Of a DNA stretch of 55,585 nt, positions 9,321 through 19,900 are shown one piece after another; within the stretch, counting starts at the first letter, position 1, and each line of letters begins with the position of its first letter. The notes under the pieces were generated by a model that was not told the DNA's origin, ran no database searches, and was given only the letters and a program-made list of their open reading frames with translations. The stretch is taken from NCBI GenBank assembly GCA_045631745.1, contig JAZQVI010000001.1, positions 1 to 55,585 of the forward strand, written 5' to 3'. Both the position numbers and the translations under genes were made by a program. The stretch is from Eubacteriales bacterium (lineage in GTDB: Bacteria > Bacillota > Clostridia > Oscillospirales > CAG-272).

Positions 9321-10875
9321 TTTTATCTCCTACGTATTCGTCAAAAAGATCTTGCGGCGGTGCCGAGATGGGCAATTCAAACCAAAACTCTGACCCCTCT
9401 CCCAATTTGCTTTCCACCCCGTAATCCGCACTATGGATCTCAAGAACGCCCTTAACGATCGACAAGCCAAGACCTGTGCCCACTCGTGCAGAACGGTGTG
9501 TTTTATCAATTTTATAATAACGATCCCAAATCAGATCCAGCTGATCCTCCGGAATCCCTTCTCCGGTATCCCGAACAGAAAACCGAACGCTTCCATCGCT
9601 CACGGTTTGTGATACAAAAACACAAAGATCCTCTCCCGTGTAATGGATAGCATTGTTGATCAAATTGTAGATCACCTGCAGAATCATACCGCGATCGGCA
9701 AATACAGGCACATTTTGATCGGCATCAAATGTGATACTGTATCCCTGTGACTTGGTAAACGCCTCATAGCGGAAGAGAACCTCTCGAATCACCGACGTCA
9801 GATCAAAAAACTCCATCACAGGAGCCCGCACGCCAGATTGAATCTTTGAGAGATCCATCAAATCGTTCACAAGCTCGGTCAACCGCTCGGTTTCATCAAT
9901 CAAAATTTGAAGATTCTCAGGCGTGTTTTCCTCAGGAATGTCCCGCATGACCTCTGCATATCCGCGAATCATTGTCAGCGGCGTGCGAAGATCGTGAGAG
10001 ATGTTGGCTGTTAGTTCTTTTTGCATGCGATCTGTTTTCGAAAGCTCCCGCGACGCATACGTCAGTGTTTCTGCCAGCTCCCTTGTTTCTTTGTATCCGC
10101 GATTGACGCCAAAATCAGCATCATAGTCCCCTCTTGCCAGCTGCTTTGCCGCCTCGTTCATGTGAACCAACGGACGCGCAATCCTTTTTGACATCGGAAT
10201 TACATACGCGATGGAGAACAATACAAGGATCACAAAAATCCAAATAAACTGCCGCTGCAGCGTATGCACCAAGGGCGCCATCGGCTCAAGAGATGCGCTG
10301 AGAAAGAGCATATACTCATTCCCGTCATCATCATTGTGGAGACGAATATGCGCCAAGTGTATCATTTCTCTCGAAACAGCCGTCTCTGATTTTCCGTATG
10401 CGCGAGGAAAAAGCTTTTGAAACAATCCCGTTTTGACCTCTTGACCGCCAAACGTCAGCTGGGTATGATATACTCCCTCGTTTTTCTTGGCATTGGTATA
10501 AAACCTTGCCAGGCTTTCAGAGGATACGAGCGAGATGGAGCCCTCGTCCGTATTAGGCGTTTCCGATGCGATCGACAACGCGTATGAGCCGTCGATCCGA
10601 TAGACCTGAATATTCAAAAGGTTGTCCATAGAAAGCATATACACGGTCTGACTGAATCGTTTTGTCCCGATCGTGTCAACGATCTCGTCTGCGGCCTTTT
10701 CCATGTCCTTCACGCGTACCTTTTCATAGAGAATGTTTAAAAGACCGACCTGGAACAGCCACGTTACGAAAATCACGACCACAAGAAAAATGACCAAAAA
10801 GCGAAGCAAATAATATCGAAGACCGACATCCGTTGCCGATTTGATTTTTCTCCCCTTACGCATTGTCCGCATCAT
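9301..10875 (-). CDS. Sensor histidine kinase (TM-extracytoplasmic-TM-HAMP-HisKA-HATPase)
   Basis: NISHDLRTPLT H-box, NLINNAI, DTGEGI, GTGLGLSIV. Confidence 0.93.
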   Translation of the reverse strand: MMRTMRKGRKIKSATDVGLRYYLLRFLVIFLVVVIFVTWLFQVGLLNILYEKVRVKDMEKAADEIVDTIGTKRFSQTVYMLSMDNLLNIQVYRIDGSYALSIASETPNTDEGSISLVSSESLARFYTNAKKNEGVYHTQLTFGGQEVKTGLFQKLFPRAYGKSETAVSREMIHLAHIRLHNDDDGNEYMLFLSASLEPMAPLVHTLQRQFIWIFVILVLFSIAYVIPMSKRIARPLVHMNEAAKQLARGDYDADFGVNRGYKETRELAETLTYASRELSKTDRMQKELTANISHDLRTPLTMIRGYAEVMRDIPEENTPENLQILIDETERLTELVNDLMDLSKIQSGVRAPVMEFFDLTSVIREVLFRYEAFTKSQGYSITFDADQNVPVFADRGMILQVIYNLINNAIHYTGEDLCVFVSQTVSDGSVRFSVRDTGEGIPEDQLDLIWDRYYKIDKTHRSARVGTGLGLSIVKGVLEIHSADYGVESKLGEGSEFWFELPISAPPQDLFDEYVGDKNDNIGL

Positions 10876-11564
10876 TCTCCTTCAAAGCGATATCCGACAC
10901 CGCGGAGCGTCACGATACACCGCGCATATTTTCCCAAGCTCTTTCGAAGCAGCTTGATATGCGTGTCAAGCGTGCGTGCATCTCCAAAAAAGTCGTACCC
11001 CCATACCTCACACAAGAGCTTTTCTCTGGACAGTGCGATGTTTTTATTGGAAAGCAGATAGAAGAACAGATCATACTCCTTCGGGGACATCTCGATCCGC
11101 TCGCCGTCAATAAACACAAGACGTGCGGTAAGATCGGCTTTCAGGCCTCCGTTGTCGATCTCTACCACAACGTTTGGCGTTTGATTTCCTTGCTTTGCAC
11201 CGCCCTTGACGCGCTTCATAATGGCATCTACGCGCAGCATCAGCTCCTTTGGAGAGAAGGGCTTGACAACGTAATCGTCAACGCCTACCTCAAACCCATT
11301 GATGCGATCATACTCCTCTCCACGCGCCGAAAGCATGATGATCGGGGTGGCTGTGATCTTTCTGATCTCGCGGCAGGCGGAGAATCCGTCCAGCTCGGGC
11401 ATCATGATATCCATGATGATAATATCATAAGTATTGGCACGGCAGGCGAGGACGGCCTCCATGCCGTCCACTGCCTCGGTTACCGTGTGACCTTCAAATT
11501 CCGCATATTTGCGAATCAGCGTTCGGATCCGCGCTTCATCATCAACAATCAGAATGTGATACAT
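10872..11564 (-). CDS. OmpR-family response regulator
   Basis: ILIVDDE, DIMMPELDG, KPFSPKEL, winged helix RTLDTHIK..RGVGYRF. Confidence 0.93.
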   Translation of the reverse strand: MYHILIVDDEARIRTLIRKYAEFEGHTVTEAVDGMEAVLACRANTYDIIIMDIMMPELDGFSACREIRKITATPIIMLSARGEEYDRINGFEVGVDDYVVKPFSPKELMLRVDAIMKRVKGGAKQGNQTPNVVVEIDNGGLKADLTARLVFIDGERIEMSPKEYDLFFYLLSNKNIALSREKLLCEVWGYDFFGDARTLDTHIKLLRKSLGKYARCIVTLRGVGYRFEGE

Positions 11565-11609
11565 ATATACCGTCCTTTTTTGTGAACGGAGAACCTCCGT
11601 CACATCTTC

Positions 11610-12845
11610 TTATTTTTGAAAATCAATCGACGCATCGGGCTTATATTCGCCGAGCGTAAGCTGTGTTTCTGAATTTTCGGAATCTCGCTCATATACGATC
11701 GTCAGTGTATCTCCGATCTTTCTCTGATCGATGATTGCATCAAACTGTTCAATCGTTTCAACTGTGACACCGTCAACCGAAATCAATCGATCTCGATTTT
11801 TCAGATCATTGTTAATCGCAGAAGAAATCACATAGACTCCGGTATTTTTTATTCCATATTTTCTGTTGTAGGCCGACAGATTTTCACTGTTAATCTCAAG
11901 CAGCGTGAGGCCGTGGTCAACAACGCCGCGAACATAACCGAACTCGATCAGATCACATTCCACCTCATAAGCAGAGTCAATGGGGATTGCAAAAGCAAGC
12001 CCCTCTACGCCGGATGCCGCATATTTCGCGTTTACAATGCCGATCAGCTCGCCCTTCAGATTGAACAATCCTCCTCCGGAGTTGCCTGAGTTGATGGCTG
12101 CGTTTGTTTGGAGAAGCGTCATTGTTCCGTTTTCAGTGGTAATGGTTCTCTCGGTCGCGCTGATGATACCGTCGGTCACAGTCCCTCCGAGTGTACCCAA
12201 GGGATTTCCGATGGCAACCACGCGCTCGCCTACAACCAGATACCCGCTCTTTCCGTGCTTGGCTGCGGTCAAGGGTTGCTCGGCCTTAGGCTGAATCTTC
12301 AAAACTGCCAAATCAGATGCCTCGTCACTCCCTACCGCAGATGCCTCGTACACCGAGACACCATCGCTAAGCGTAACGTAGACCTCGCTTGCATTTTCAA
12401 TGACGTGATAACACGTCAGAATGTAGCCATCCTCATGAATGATCACACCGCTCCCGGCGCCGGTCGATTCGGTCGGTCTTCCAAACATATCATAACTGAG
12501 GATCTTGGCGTTGATGACAACCACAGAGTCGCGTACCATTTGTACCACCTCGGAAATTGCGTACGCATTTTCTCCAGCAGAACCATAAGGAGAATACTCG
12601 ACATTAGAACGATCCAGCAAATTTTCAGGATCACTGTTGTGCAAGGAACCCTCCGCCGGGGCTTTGTTGATCTCTCCTGATGCCTCTCCGGATAAACCTA
12701 ACTGACGCTTGGCAAACACCACTCCTCCAACACCTGCACAAAAAGACAAGGTCACACAGAGCAAAACCGTTAAAAAGGTTCTAGCAAAACCGTTGCCGAA
12801 AGAACTTGAACTATATTTGCCGTAATTCCCGTAATCTCCGTACAT
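11610..12845 (-). CDS. htrA: HtrA/DegP serine protease with PDZ domain
   Basis: TM anchor, GSGVII, TCYHVI, SDLAVL, AAINSGNSGGGL triad motifs, C-terminal PDZ. Confidence 0.9.
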   Translation of the reverse strand: MYGDYGNYGKYSSSSFGNGFARTFLTVLLCVTLSFCAGVGGVVFAKRQLGLSGEASGEINKAPAEGSLHNSDPENLLDRSNVEYSPYGSAGENAYAISEVVQMVRDSVVVINAKILSYDMFGRPTESTGAGSGVIIHEDGYILTCYHVIENASEVYVTLSDGVSVYEASAVGSDEASDLAVLKIQPKAEQPLTAAKHGKSGYLVVGERVVAIGNPLGTLGGTVTDGIISATERTITTENGTMTLLQTNAAINSGNSGGGLFNLKGELIGIVNAKYAASGVEGLAFAIPIDSAYEVECDLIEFGYVRGVVDHGLTLLEINSENLSAYNRKYGIKNTGVYVISSAINNDLKNRDRLISVDGVTVETIEQFDAIIDQRKIGDTLTIVYERDSENSETQLTLGEYKPDASIDFQK

Positions 12846-12947
12846 AAAGCACCTCCGATAAATAGATCGATTACAAAAAGTATAACCCCGTTTTGTGAAG
12901 ATTTTTTGATGTTGTCAGAAAAAAAGTTTGAAAATGAGGTTTTTTTC

Positions 12948-12976
12948 TTGTATTTTTTCGACTTTTTTGATATAAT
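12948..12976 (+). promoter_or_regulatory. sigmaA-type promoter of queG-addB-addA
   Basis: TTGTAT-17-TATAAT with TG extension. Confidence 0.55.
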
Positions 12977-13054
12977 GAAAAGGAAAGGCAAGCCTTTTTG
13001 CTTCATTTGGTTCATCCGTTATATTATAACATACTTTTTAAAAAAGAGGAAGAA

Positions 13055-13876
13055 ATGTTTTCATTTTTAACAAATTTTTTTTTGGAGAAAGGGATTGACC
13101 TCGTCTCCCCCATTTCACTGGTAGATTGCAAGATTCTCAAGCCTTATTTGCTTGAGAAGCACGGCATTTCGAACGGAACCGCAATCATGATTGCAGTTCC
13201 CTATTTCTCCAAGGAGTGCATGGACAACAGCCGAAATGTATCCTGCTATGCCGTGTCCAAGGATTATCACGGTTTTTTTAAAGATTTATTTGATGAACTT
13301 CTCCCTCTTTTGCGTGCAAAATATCCGCAAAACAAATTTGCGGGATTTGCCGATCACTCCCCTGTTGCAGAAGTAGACGCAGCCGCTCGCGCAGGATTGG
13401 GCGTGATTGGCAGAAATCATCTGTTGATTACGGAGAAGTACTCATCCCTGGTCTTTCTTGCGTGTCTTGTGACAGACGCGATTCTTCCCTGTACGGCTAT
13501 TGACGTCACCTACTGCGAGAATTGCGGCAAATGCATTTCCGCCTGCCCCACGCAAACGACGATCGACGGGTGTCTGTCGGCGCTCACGCAAAAAAAGGGA
13601 GACCTTAACGAAGATGAGCGAAAAAAGATCCTGCAGCATGGATCGGTATGGGGATGTGATATTTGTCAGTTGTCTTGTCCACACACGGAAAAAGCGATCC
13701 GAAACGGAACGATTTATTCAAACGTCCCCTATTTTCAACAAGACAATATTCCAAAGCTGACGCTGTCGATCTTGGATCAAATGTCCGACGAGGAGTTTTC
13801 TGCTCGCGCCTATTCTTGGCGTGGAAGAGAGACTGTGCGGCGAAATCTTTTGCTGATGTCAGAACAAGAATCTTAA
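13055..13876 (+). CDS. queG: Epoxyqueuosine reductase (QueG family)
   Basis: YAVSKDYH, AARAGLGVIGRN, CENCGKCISACP and WGCDICQLSCP Fe-S motifs; alternative in-frame TTG start at 12998. Confidence 0.8.
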   Translation: MFSFLTNFFLEKGIDLVSPISLVDCKILKPYLLEKHGISNGTAIMIAVPYFSKECMDNSRNVSCYAVSKDYHGFFKDLFDELLPLLRAKYPQNKFAGFADHSPVAEVDAAARAGLGVIGRNHLLITEKYSSLVFLACLVTDAILPCTAIDVTYCENCGKCISACPTQTTIDGCLSALTQKKGDLNEDERKKILQHGSVWGCDICQLSCPHTEKAIRNGTIYSNVPYFQQDNIPKLTLSILDQMSDEEFSARAYSWRGRETVRRNLLLMSEQES

Positions 13877-13886
13877 AGGAGGTCCT

Positions 13887-16800
13887 ATGCTTCATTTGGT
13901 TTGCGGCGCTTCCGGTGCCGGAAAAAGCCGTTTTTTGCTCGATAAAATCCGCATGGATATCCAAAATCAAAGAAGATGCTATCTTTTGATCCCCGAGCAA
14001 CAGGCATATATTAGTGAGCGCGATCTTTTGGATGCACTTCCTCCGGAGGCCGGGCTCTTTCTTCACATTACCAATTTTTCAAAGCTTGCCGACGAGATTT
14101 TCCATCAGTACGGCGGTGTAACGCAGCTTCCGACTACCGGCGGCATCCGATCGGTTCTCATGTGGGAAACCCTTCGTCAAGTCTATCCGATGCTGTTGCA
14201 ATACGGAAAGAGCAGACTTGATGCAACGATTACATCCGAAATGCTTGCAACCCTTGAGGAATTCAATCATAACGGGGTTGATGCGGAGAAGCTTGAAGAG
14301 GTCGCTTCCATGCTCGAGGGTGGGACGCCGCTCCAAAAGAAGCTGACAGATCTTTCGCTGATTCTGTCTGTATACAATCAAAACACCTCCACGCGGTGCG
14401 GGGGCACTCTTTCCGATCGCATTACCGAAGCAACAAAGCAACTAAAAAAGCATCATTTTTTTGAAAATTGCAACGTATACGTGGATTCCTTCAGCAGCTT
14501 TACTGCACCTGAATACGCATTTCTGAAGGAATTGCTATCCCAGGCAAATGCGCTTACAATCGCGCTTTGCACCGATCAAATTCCATCGGATCTCCCACAT
14601 TTTGAAAGTATTACAAGAACCGCAAGACATCTTGAGCGGATTTCCAAGGATGCCGGTGTTTCCAGCGACGTTACCACACTCAACGATCATTCCGCGGACA
14701 AGCCCGCAGAGCTACGTCTCCTTGAGAGAGGTCTATGGGATTTTCGCCTGACCAAATCCACAAGAGCGCTTCCCTCCGAGCATGATCCGATTGCAGTGCA
14801 TATGCAGACCTGCTCCAATATGTACGAGGAGTGTGAGGCTTGTGCGATTGAAATTTTGGGATTGGTACAGTCTGGCATCCAATACGGAGAAATCGCAGTT
14901 GTCGCGCGTGAAAGCGATACCTACAGAGGCGTTTTGGATGCGGCCTTGGAGCGCCACGGGATCCCCTATTTTCTCTCCGAGCGCACCGATCTTTCCTCCA
15001 AGCCACTCTCAAGGCTCATACTTTCGGCGCTTCGGGCCGTTTTCCAAAATTATCAAACGCAGGATATTCTTACCCTTCTTAAAACAGGAATCAGCGGGGC
15101 GGATCTGCGCGACGTAGCCTTGTTTGAGGAATATTGTGAAACATGGCATATTAGCGGAAAGCGCTTTACGGATGATGCTTGGAGCATGAATCCCGACGGA
15201 TTGACCGACAAAAAGAGCGAACGAGGCAATGAAATTTTGCTTGCCGCCAATAAGGTGAGAAGAATTGTTATAGAGCCCCTGGAACGTTTGAAAGCCGATC
15301 TTCACGCATCGCGGAAGATGCCCGATCTTTGCCGTTCTCTGTATGAGTATCTTTGCCGTTTAGATGTTCAAAAGCAATTATCCGAGCAAGCGAAAAAGGA
15401 ACTGCTCCTTGGCGAACGGAGAGAGGCGGGTGAGACGCTTCGTCTTTACCGTTTTATGACCGAGACCTTGACGCAGCTTTCAGAGCTACTCCCCGATTCC
15501 GAGCTTACAGCAGAGGAATTTCTCTCAGTTTTGACGATTTTCTTCGCCGCGACGGACCTCGGCTCTGTTCCCAATGTGCGTGACTGTGTGGTCATCGGAT
15601 CCGCGAATACGCTGCGCGTCGAGCAGGTGAAGGCATCCTTCCTTCTCGGCCTTTGTGAAGGAGAATTTCCGAAGGCAGTAACCGACACGGGACTTCTCAC
15701 CGAATCAGACAAGATGGCACTGGAGGAATTCGGCATAGAACTTGATTCCAGACAAAAATTGCGATCCTCTGAAGAACTCTTCTATGTTTATCGCGCGATG
15801 ACAAAGCCGACGAAACTACTCTATCTCTCCTATCCCCTGATGCGGGCAGACGGCTCTCAGTTGACGCCGTCTATGGCAATCACAAGAACGCAATTTCTTT
15901 TGGACAGATCTCCGAACACGGTAAAAGCCTCTGCGTTTTTGGCCAATAATATCGAAAATACCGAGAAAACCACACAAGATCACAAGCTTCCTACCCTTGG
16001 TGCCAATGTGAACTTGCATCTGTCTCAGTCATCGATTCAGACCTTTGCGCTCTGTCCGTATCGCTATTATGCGTCCCATCGTTTGAAGCTTCGAGGTCAA
16101 AAGGACTCCGATATCAGCGCGGCAGATGAAGGAAATTTCTTGCACTTTGTGTTTGAACGATTTTTAAAAAAATGTCTAACAGAACCACAAACGCTATCAC
16201 TTCCCTCCCAAGATGATCTTCCTGTTCTTGCAGATGAGGTCATTGCGGAATATTTGGCCTGTGTATGCCCGATCTCTCCAAAAGAAATGGATCATCGTCT
16301 CTTGCATCTTTTAAACCGACTGAGAGGACTTGCGATACTGATCCTGCGCGAGATTGTAGGAGAGCTCTCTTCCGGAAAATTCACCCCCATCGGATTTGAA
16401 CAACGTCTGGGCGGCAAGGAGCAAAACGCCCTTCCTGCAATTCTTTTGAATCTGACCGACGGTTGCACGGTAGAGCTTCACGGGACGGTTGACCGCGTGG
16501 ATGTGTATGAAAATGACGGAAAGCTATACGTTCGAATTGTGGATTACAAAACAGGAGAACATAAATTTTCCTTTGACAAGGTTCGAACAGGCGAGGATCT
16601 GCAGCTGATTCTCTACCTTTTCGCCGTTGTTTCCTCAAATCCCGACCGATATGTTCCTTGCGGCGCAGAATTCCTCTATTCCGGCAAGGAAAACGGCAAA
16701 ACAACCGTTTCAAGAAGCGGTTTTCTTTTGGATGAAGAAGAGATCCGACAGGCAGCCGATGCGTCCCAGACACAGGGATACCTGAAGGGACTCAGCTCAA

Positions 16801-16967
16801 CAACGCTCGATCAGATCTCACAACTCACTGAAGAAATGAAAAATGCCATTCGATCGATCGCCGAGCGAATCCTTTCGGGCGAGGCTTCCAAAACGCCCTC
16901 CCCCGATGCTTGCAAATTCTGCGATCTAAAACACCATTGTGACGTTGCTTGTCACGAGAAAAAATGA
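13887..16967 (+). CDS. addB: ATP-dependent helicase/nuclease subunit B
   Basis: GASGAGKS, LLIPEQ, CPYRYY..CKFC..C Fe-S ligands, RecB-type nuclease GTVDRVD..IVDYKTG..LQL. Confidence 0.92.
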   Translation: MLHLVCGASGAGKSRFLLDKIRMDIQNQRRCYLLIPEQQAYISERDLLDALPPEAGLFLHITNFSKLADEIFHQYGGVTQLPTTGGIRSVLMWETLRQVYPMLLQYGKSRLDATITSEMLATLEEFNHNGVDAEKLEEVASMLEGGTPLQKKLTDLSLILSVYNQNTSTRCGGTLSDRITEATKQLKKHHFFENCNVYVDSFSSFTAPEYAFLKELLSQANALTIALCTDQIPSDLPHFESITRTARHLERISKDAGVSSDVTTLNDHSADKPAELRLLERGLWDFRLTKSTRALPSEHDPIAVHMQTCSNMYEECEACAIEILGLVQSGIQYGEIAVVARESDTYRGVLDAALERHGIPYFLSERTDLSSKPLSRLILSALRAVFQNYQTQDILTLLKTGISGADLRDVALFEEYCETWHISGKRFTDDAWSMNPDGLTDKKSERGNEILLAANKVRRIVIEPLERLKADLHASRKMPDLCRSLYEYLCRLDVQKQLSEQAKKELLLGERREAGETLRLYRFMTETLTQLSELLPDSELTAEEFLSVLTIFFAATDLGSVPNVRDCVVIGSANTLRVEQVKASFLLGLCEGEFPKAVTDTGLLTESDKMALEEFGIELDSRQKLRSSEELFYVYRAMTKPTKLLYLSYPLMRADGSQLTPSMAITRTQFLLDRSPNTVKASAFLANNIENTEKTTQDHKLPTLGANVNLHLSQSSIQTFALCPYRYYASHRLKLRGQKDSDISAADEGNFLHFVFERFLKKCLTEPQTLSLPSQDDLPVLADEVIAEYLACVCPISPKEMDHRLLHLLNRLRGLAILILREIVGELSSGKFTPIGFEQRLGGKEQNALPAILLNLTDGCTVELHGTVDRVDVYENDGKLYVRIVDYKTGEHKFSFDKVRTGEDLQLILYLFAVVSSNPDRYVPCGAEFLYSGKENGKTTVSRSGFLLDEEEIRQAADASQTQGYLKGLSSTTLDQISQLTEEMKNAIRSIAERILSGEASKTPSPDACKFCDLKHHCDVACHEKK

Positions 16968-16982
16968 GAAAGGAGGAGCGAA

Positions 16983-19900
16983 ATGGCAGACCGAACATGG
17001 ACTCCGTCACAGGAGTCTGCAATGAACATACGAAACAAAATGCTTTTGGTTTCCGCGGCGGCGGGATCCGGAAAGACAAGCGTTTTGACCGAGCGAATCA
17101 TACGATTGCTGACCGACAAGGACAGTCCTGCTGATCTTTCCAGGATCCTTGTCGTAACCTTTACAAGAGCGGCAGCTGCCGAGCTGAAAGCGCGTATTTC
17201 TTCCGCACTGACAGCAGCTCTTGCAGAACGACCGGGCGACCCCCACCTTTCCAAACAGTTGTTTTTGCTCGGAAGCGCGCAGATTTCAACCATTGACTCC
17301 TTCTTTCAGAAGGCGGTACGCGACAATTTTGAGCAGTTGGATATTCCCGCAGCCTTCCGACTTGCTGACCAGGCGGAAGCAAATGAGATTTGTCTGCGCG
17401 TATTGGATGAAACGATTCAAGAGCTATATGCGCGCCACGGTCAGAAACCTGCTTCCGAGGACGATCCCTTTTCACATCTTGCCGACAATCGGTTTGCACA
17501 CGCAATGGATGATCTGCTCGGCAACCGAAGCAACGCCGATTTCGACGAAACGTTGTTGCTGTTTTATAAAAAATTTGCCTCCTTCCCGGTTGGAGTCACA
17601 ATGCTGAAGGACTATGCCGAGAAGCTGCGGAATTCTGTTGAGCTTGATTTTATGGAGTCGTTGGCGGGAGCGTCCTTGCGCCGTTATCTGTTGCAGGCGT
17701 GTGATTATTTTCTCGCCCATCTCCAAGACACAGGCGATTTTTTGGAAACAGACCCAGATTGCAAGAACTGTTTCGGAGGGGTTCACGAATATGATACCTC
17801 CTTTTTCAAATCTCTTCAAAGAGATTTGAGTGCAGGCAAGACCTACGATCGGATCAAGGGTACCGTGAGCGGTTACCAAAAAATCAGATTCCCGTCCATG
17901 CGTGCAAAGCCTGCCGAAATGGACTTTTACAAGGATTTGCGGACAGAGATCAAAAAGACGATCGATGACTGGAATACGCGGTTCTTCGCTTATTCAAATG
18001 ATGAAATCCGCACACAAATTCTCCGAAATGCAGAGTTGTGCGAGATGCTCTACCAACTCTTTGCCGAGTACGAATCGCGTGTATGGGAGGAGAAAAAGCG
18101 GAGAGGAATCCTGGAGTTTGACGACGTGCGAGCGTGTCTCTATCGTCTTTTGGTGCTGCCAAGTGGGACACCGTCCCCCTTTGCGGAATCGTTGTCTGAA
18201 CAATATGACGCCGTTTATATTGACGAATATCAAGACGTTGATTTTATGCAGGATCAAATCTTTGCCCTGATCGGCAAAAATCGCCGTTTCATGGTTGGAG
18301 ACATCAAGCAAAGTATCTACGGTTTTCGCGGAAGTGAGCCCACGATCTTTACCGGTTATCGCAAATCCATGCCCCGACACACAGAGGAAACGGCAAAGGA
18401 TGCGGATGCAGTCTGCGTTTTCATGTCTGACAACTTCCGTTGCAACCGCCCCATCATCGAGTATGCCAATCTCGTGTGTGCGTTCTTGTTTTCCGGATGC
18501 GAGGAGAGCGTCGGTTATCGTCCGGAGGATGACTTGAGGTTTGGAAAAGGAAGAAACGAAGCGCTTCCCGCGGCAATCCCGGTTCAAACAGTCGTTTTTG
18601 AAGGTTATCCTCGAAGAAAAGCCGGCGACGATACACAGGACGAAGAACGCCCCAATCGTGAGGCTGTTTGGGTAGCATCCGAGATCGCTCGGCTGATTCG
18701 CGAGGAGAAGCTTGACAACGGAGAGCGGATTTCCCCTTCAGACATCACGATTTTGGTGCGGAATGCCAATCAGGGAATCCCCTTCCTTGACGAGCTGAAG
18801 AAAATCGGAATCCCCGTTTCTGCCGCTGTGGGTGACGATATCGCAAATTCTCCGCTTATGACGGACCTTCTGAACCTCTTGCGCGCCATTGATAATCCCC
18901 ACAGAGACCTACCTCTCTCGGAATATTTGTTGTCTCAAAGCGGAGGATTTACGCTGGAGGAGTTAGATCTGATCCGTCAAATCTGTTCGGATCAGTATTC
19001 GCTTTACGATGCGCTCTGTCAAGCATCCAAGCTCGAGGACTTCCCCTACCAAACGAAATGCGCCAAGTGGGTGGCATGGCTTGAGGGCTTCCAAAAGCTT
19101 GCCGCCGTTCAGCCTGCCGATCGGTTTCTGCGATTGCTATATGCAGATCCAAGTCTCATCGCCTATTCTGCGAGCACAGAGCTGCTGGTTCTGTATGAGT
19201 ATGCTCGATCCTACCAGCGCAACGCGTGGTGTGGACTGTTTGGATTTTTGCAATACTTTGAACGCCTTATCGAAGGCAATCATGTATCCTGCGGAGGCTT
19301 CCGCGCTCCCGATTCCTCGGTGCGCGTTATGACGATGCACACCTCCAAGGGACTGGAGTATCCCGTGGTGTTTCTTTGCAGCTGCGAAAAGCGATTCAAT
19401 ACCAAATCACTGGAGGAAAATCTTCTCTTCCACCGCAAATTCCCCTGTGCTTCAAGATGCTTCAACCCCGCAACCTCCGACAACGACAGCGGAATCCTCC
19501 GCGAGGTCGCTAAACTGGAGATCCAGGCGGAGGAGGCGGAGGAAAACATTCGACTGCTTTACGTTGCCCTCACGAGAGCAAGAGAACGGCTTTATGTCAC
19601 CGGAACACCGGACGGAAACTATGATAATCTCATGAGCAGCGCCCGCAGGATTCTTCGAGATTCCGGATATTCGATTCTGTATTACGGAAATTTCCTGAGG
19701 TGGATTCTCGCGGCATTGCAGCAAAAAGAGAACAAAAACGCCGAATTTCCTTGCACTTTCCGCCATATTCCCTTATCAGAGGAGGTCAAAGCAGGCGCTT
19801 CCCAAGAAACAACAAGCACCGATGTGCAAACGCCTACACCAATGAGCGGAGCAATATCCGAGAAATATTCTGCGATTCTTGAAAAGCAAAACACCTTTGT

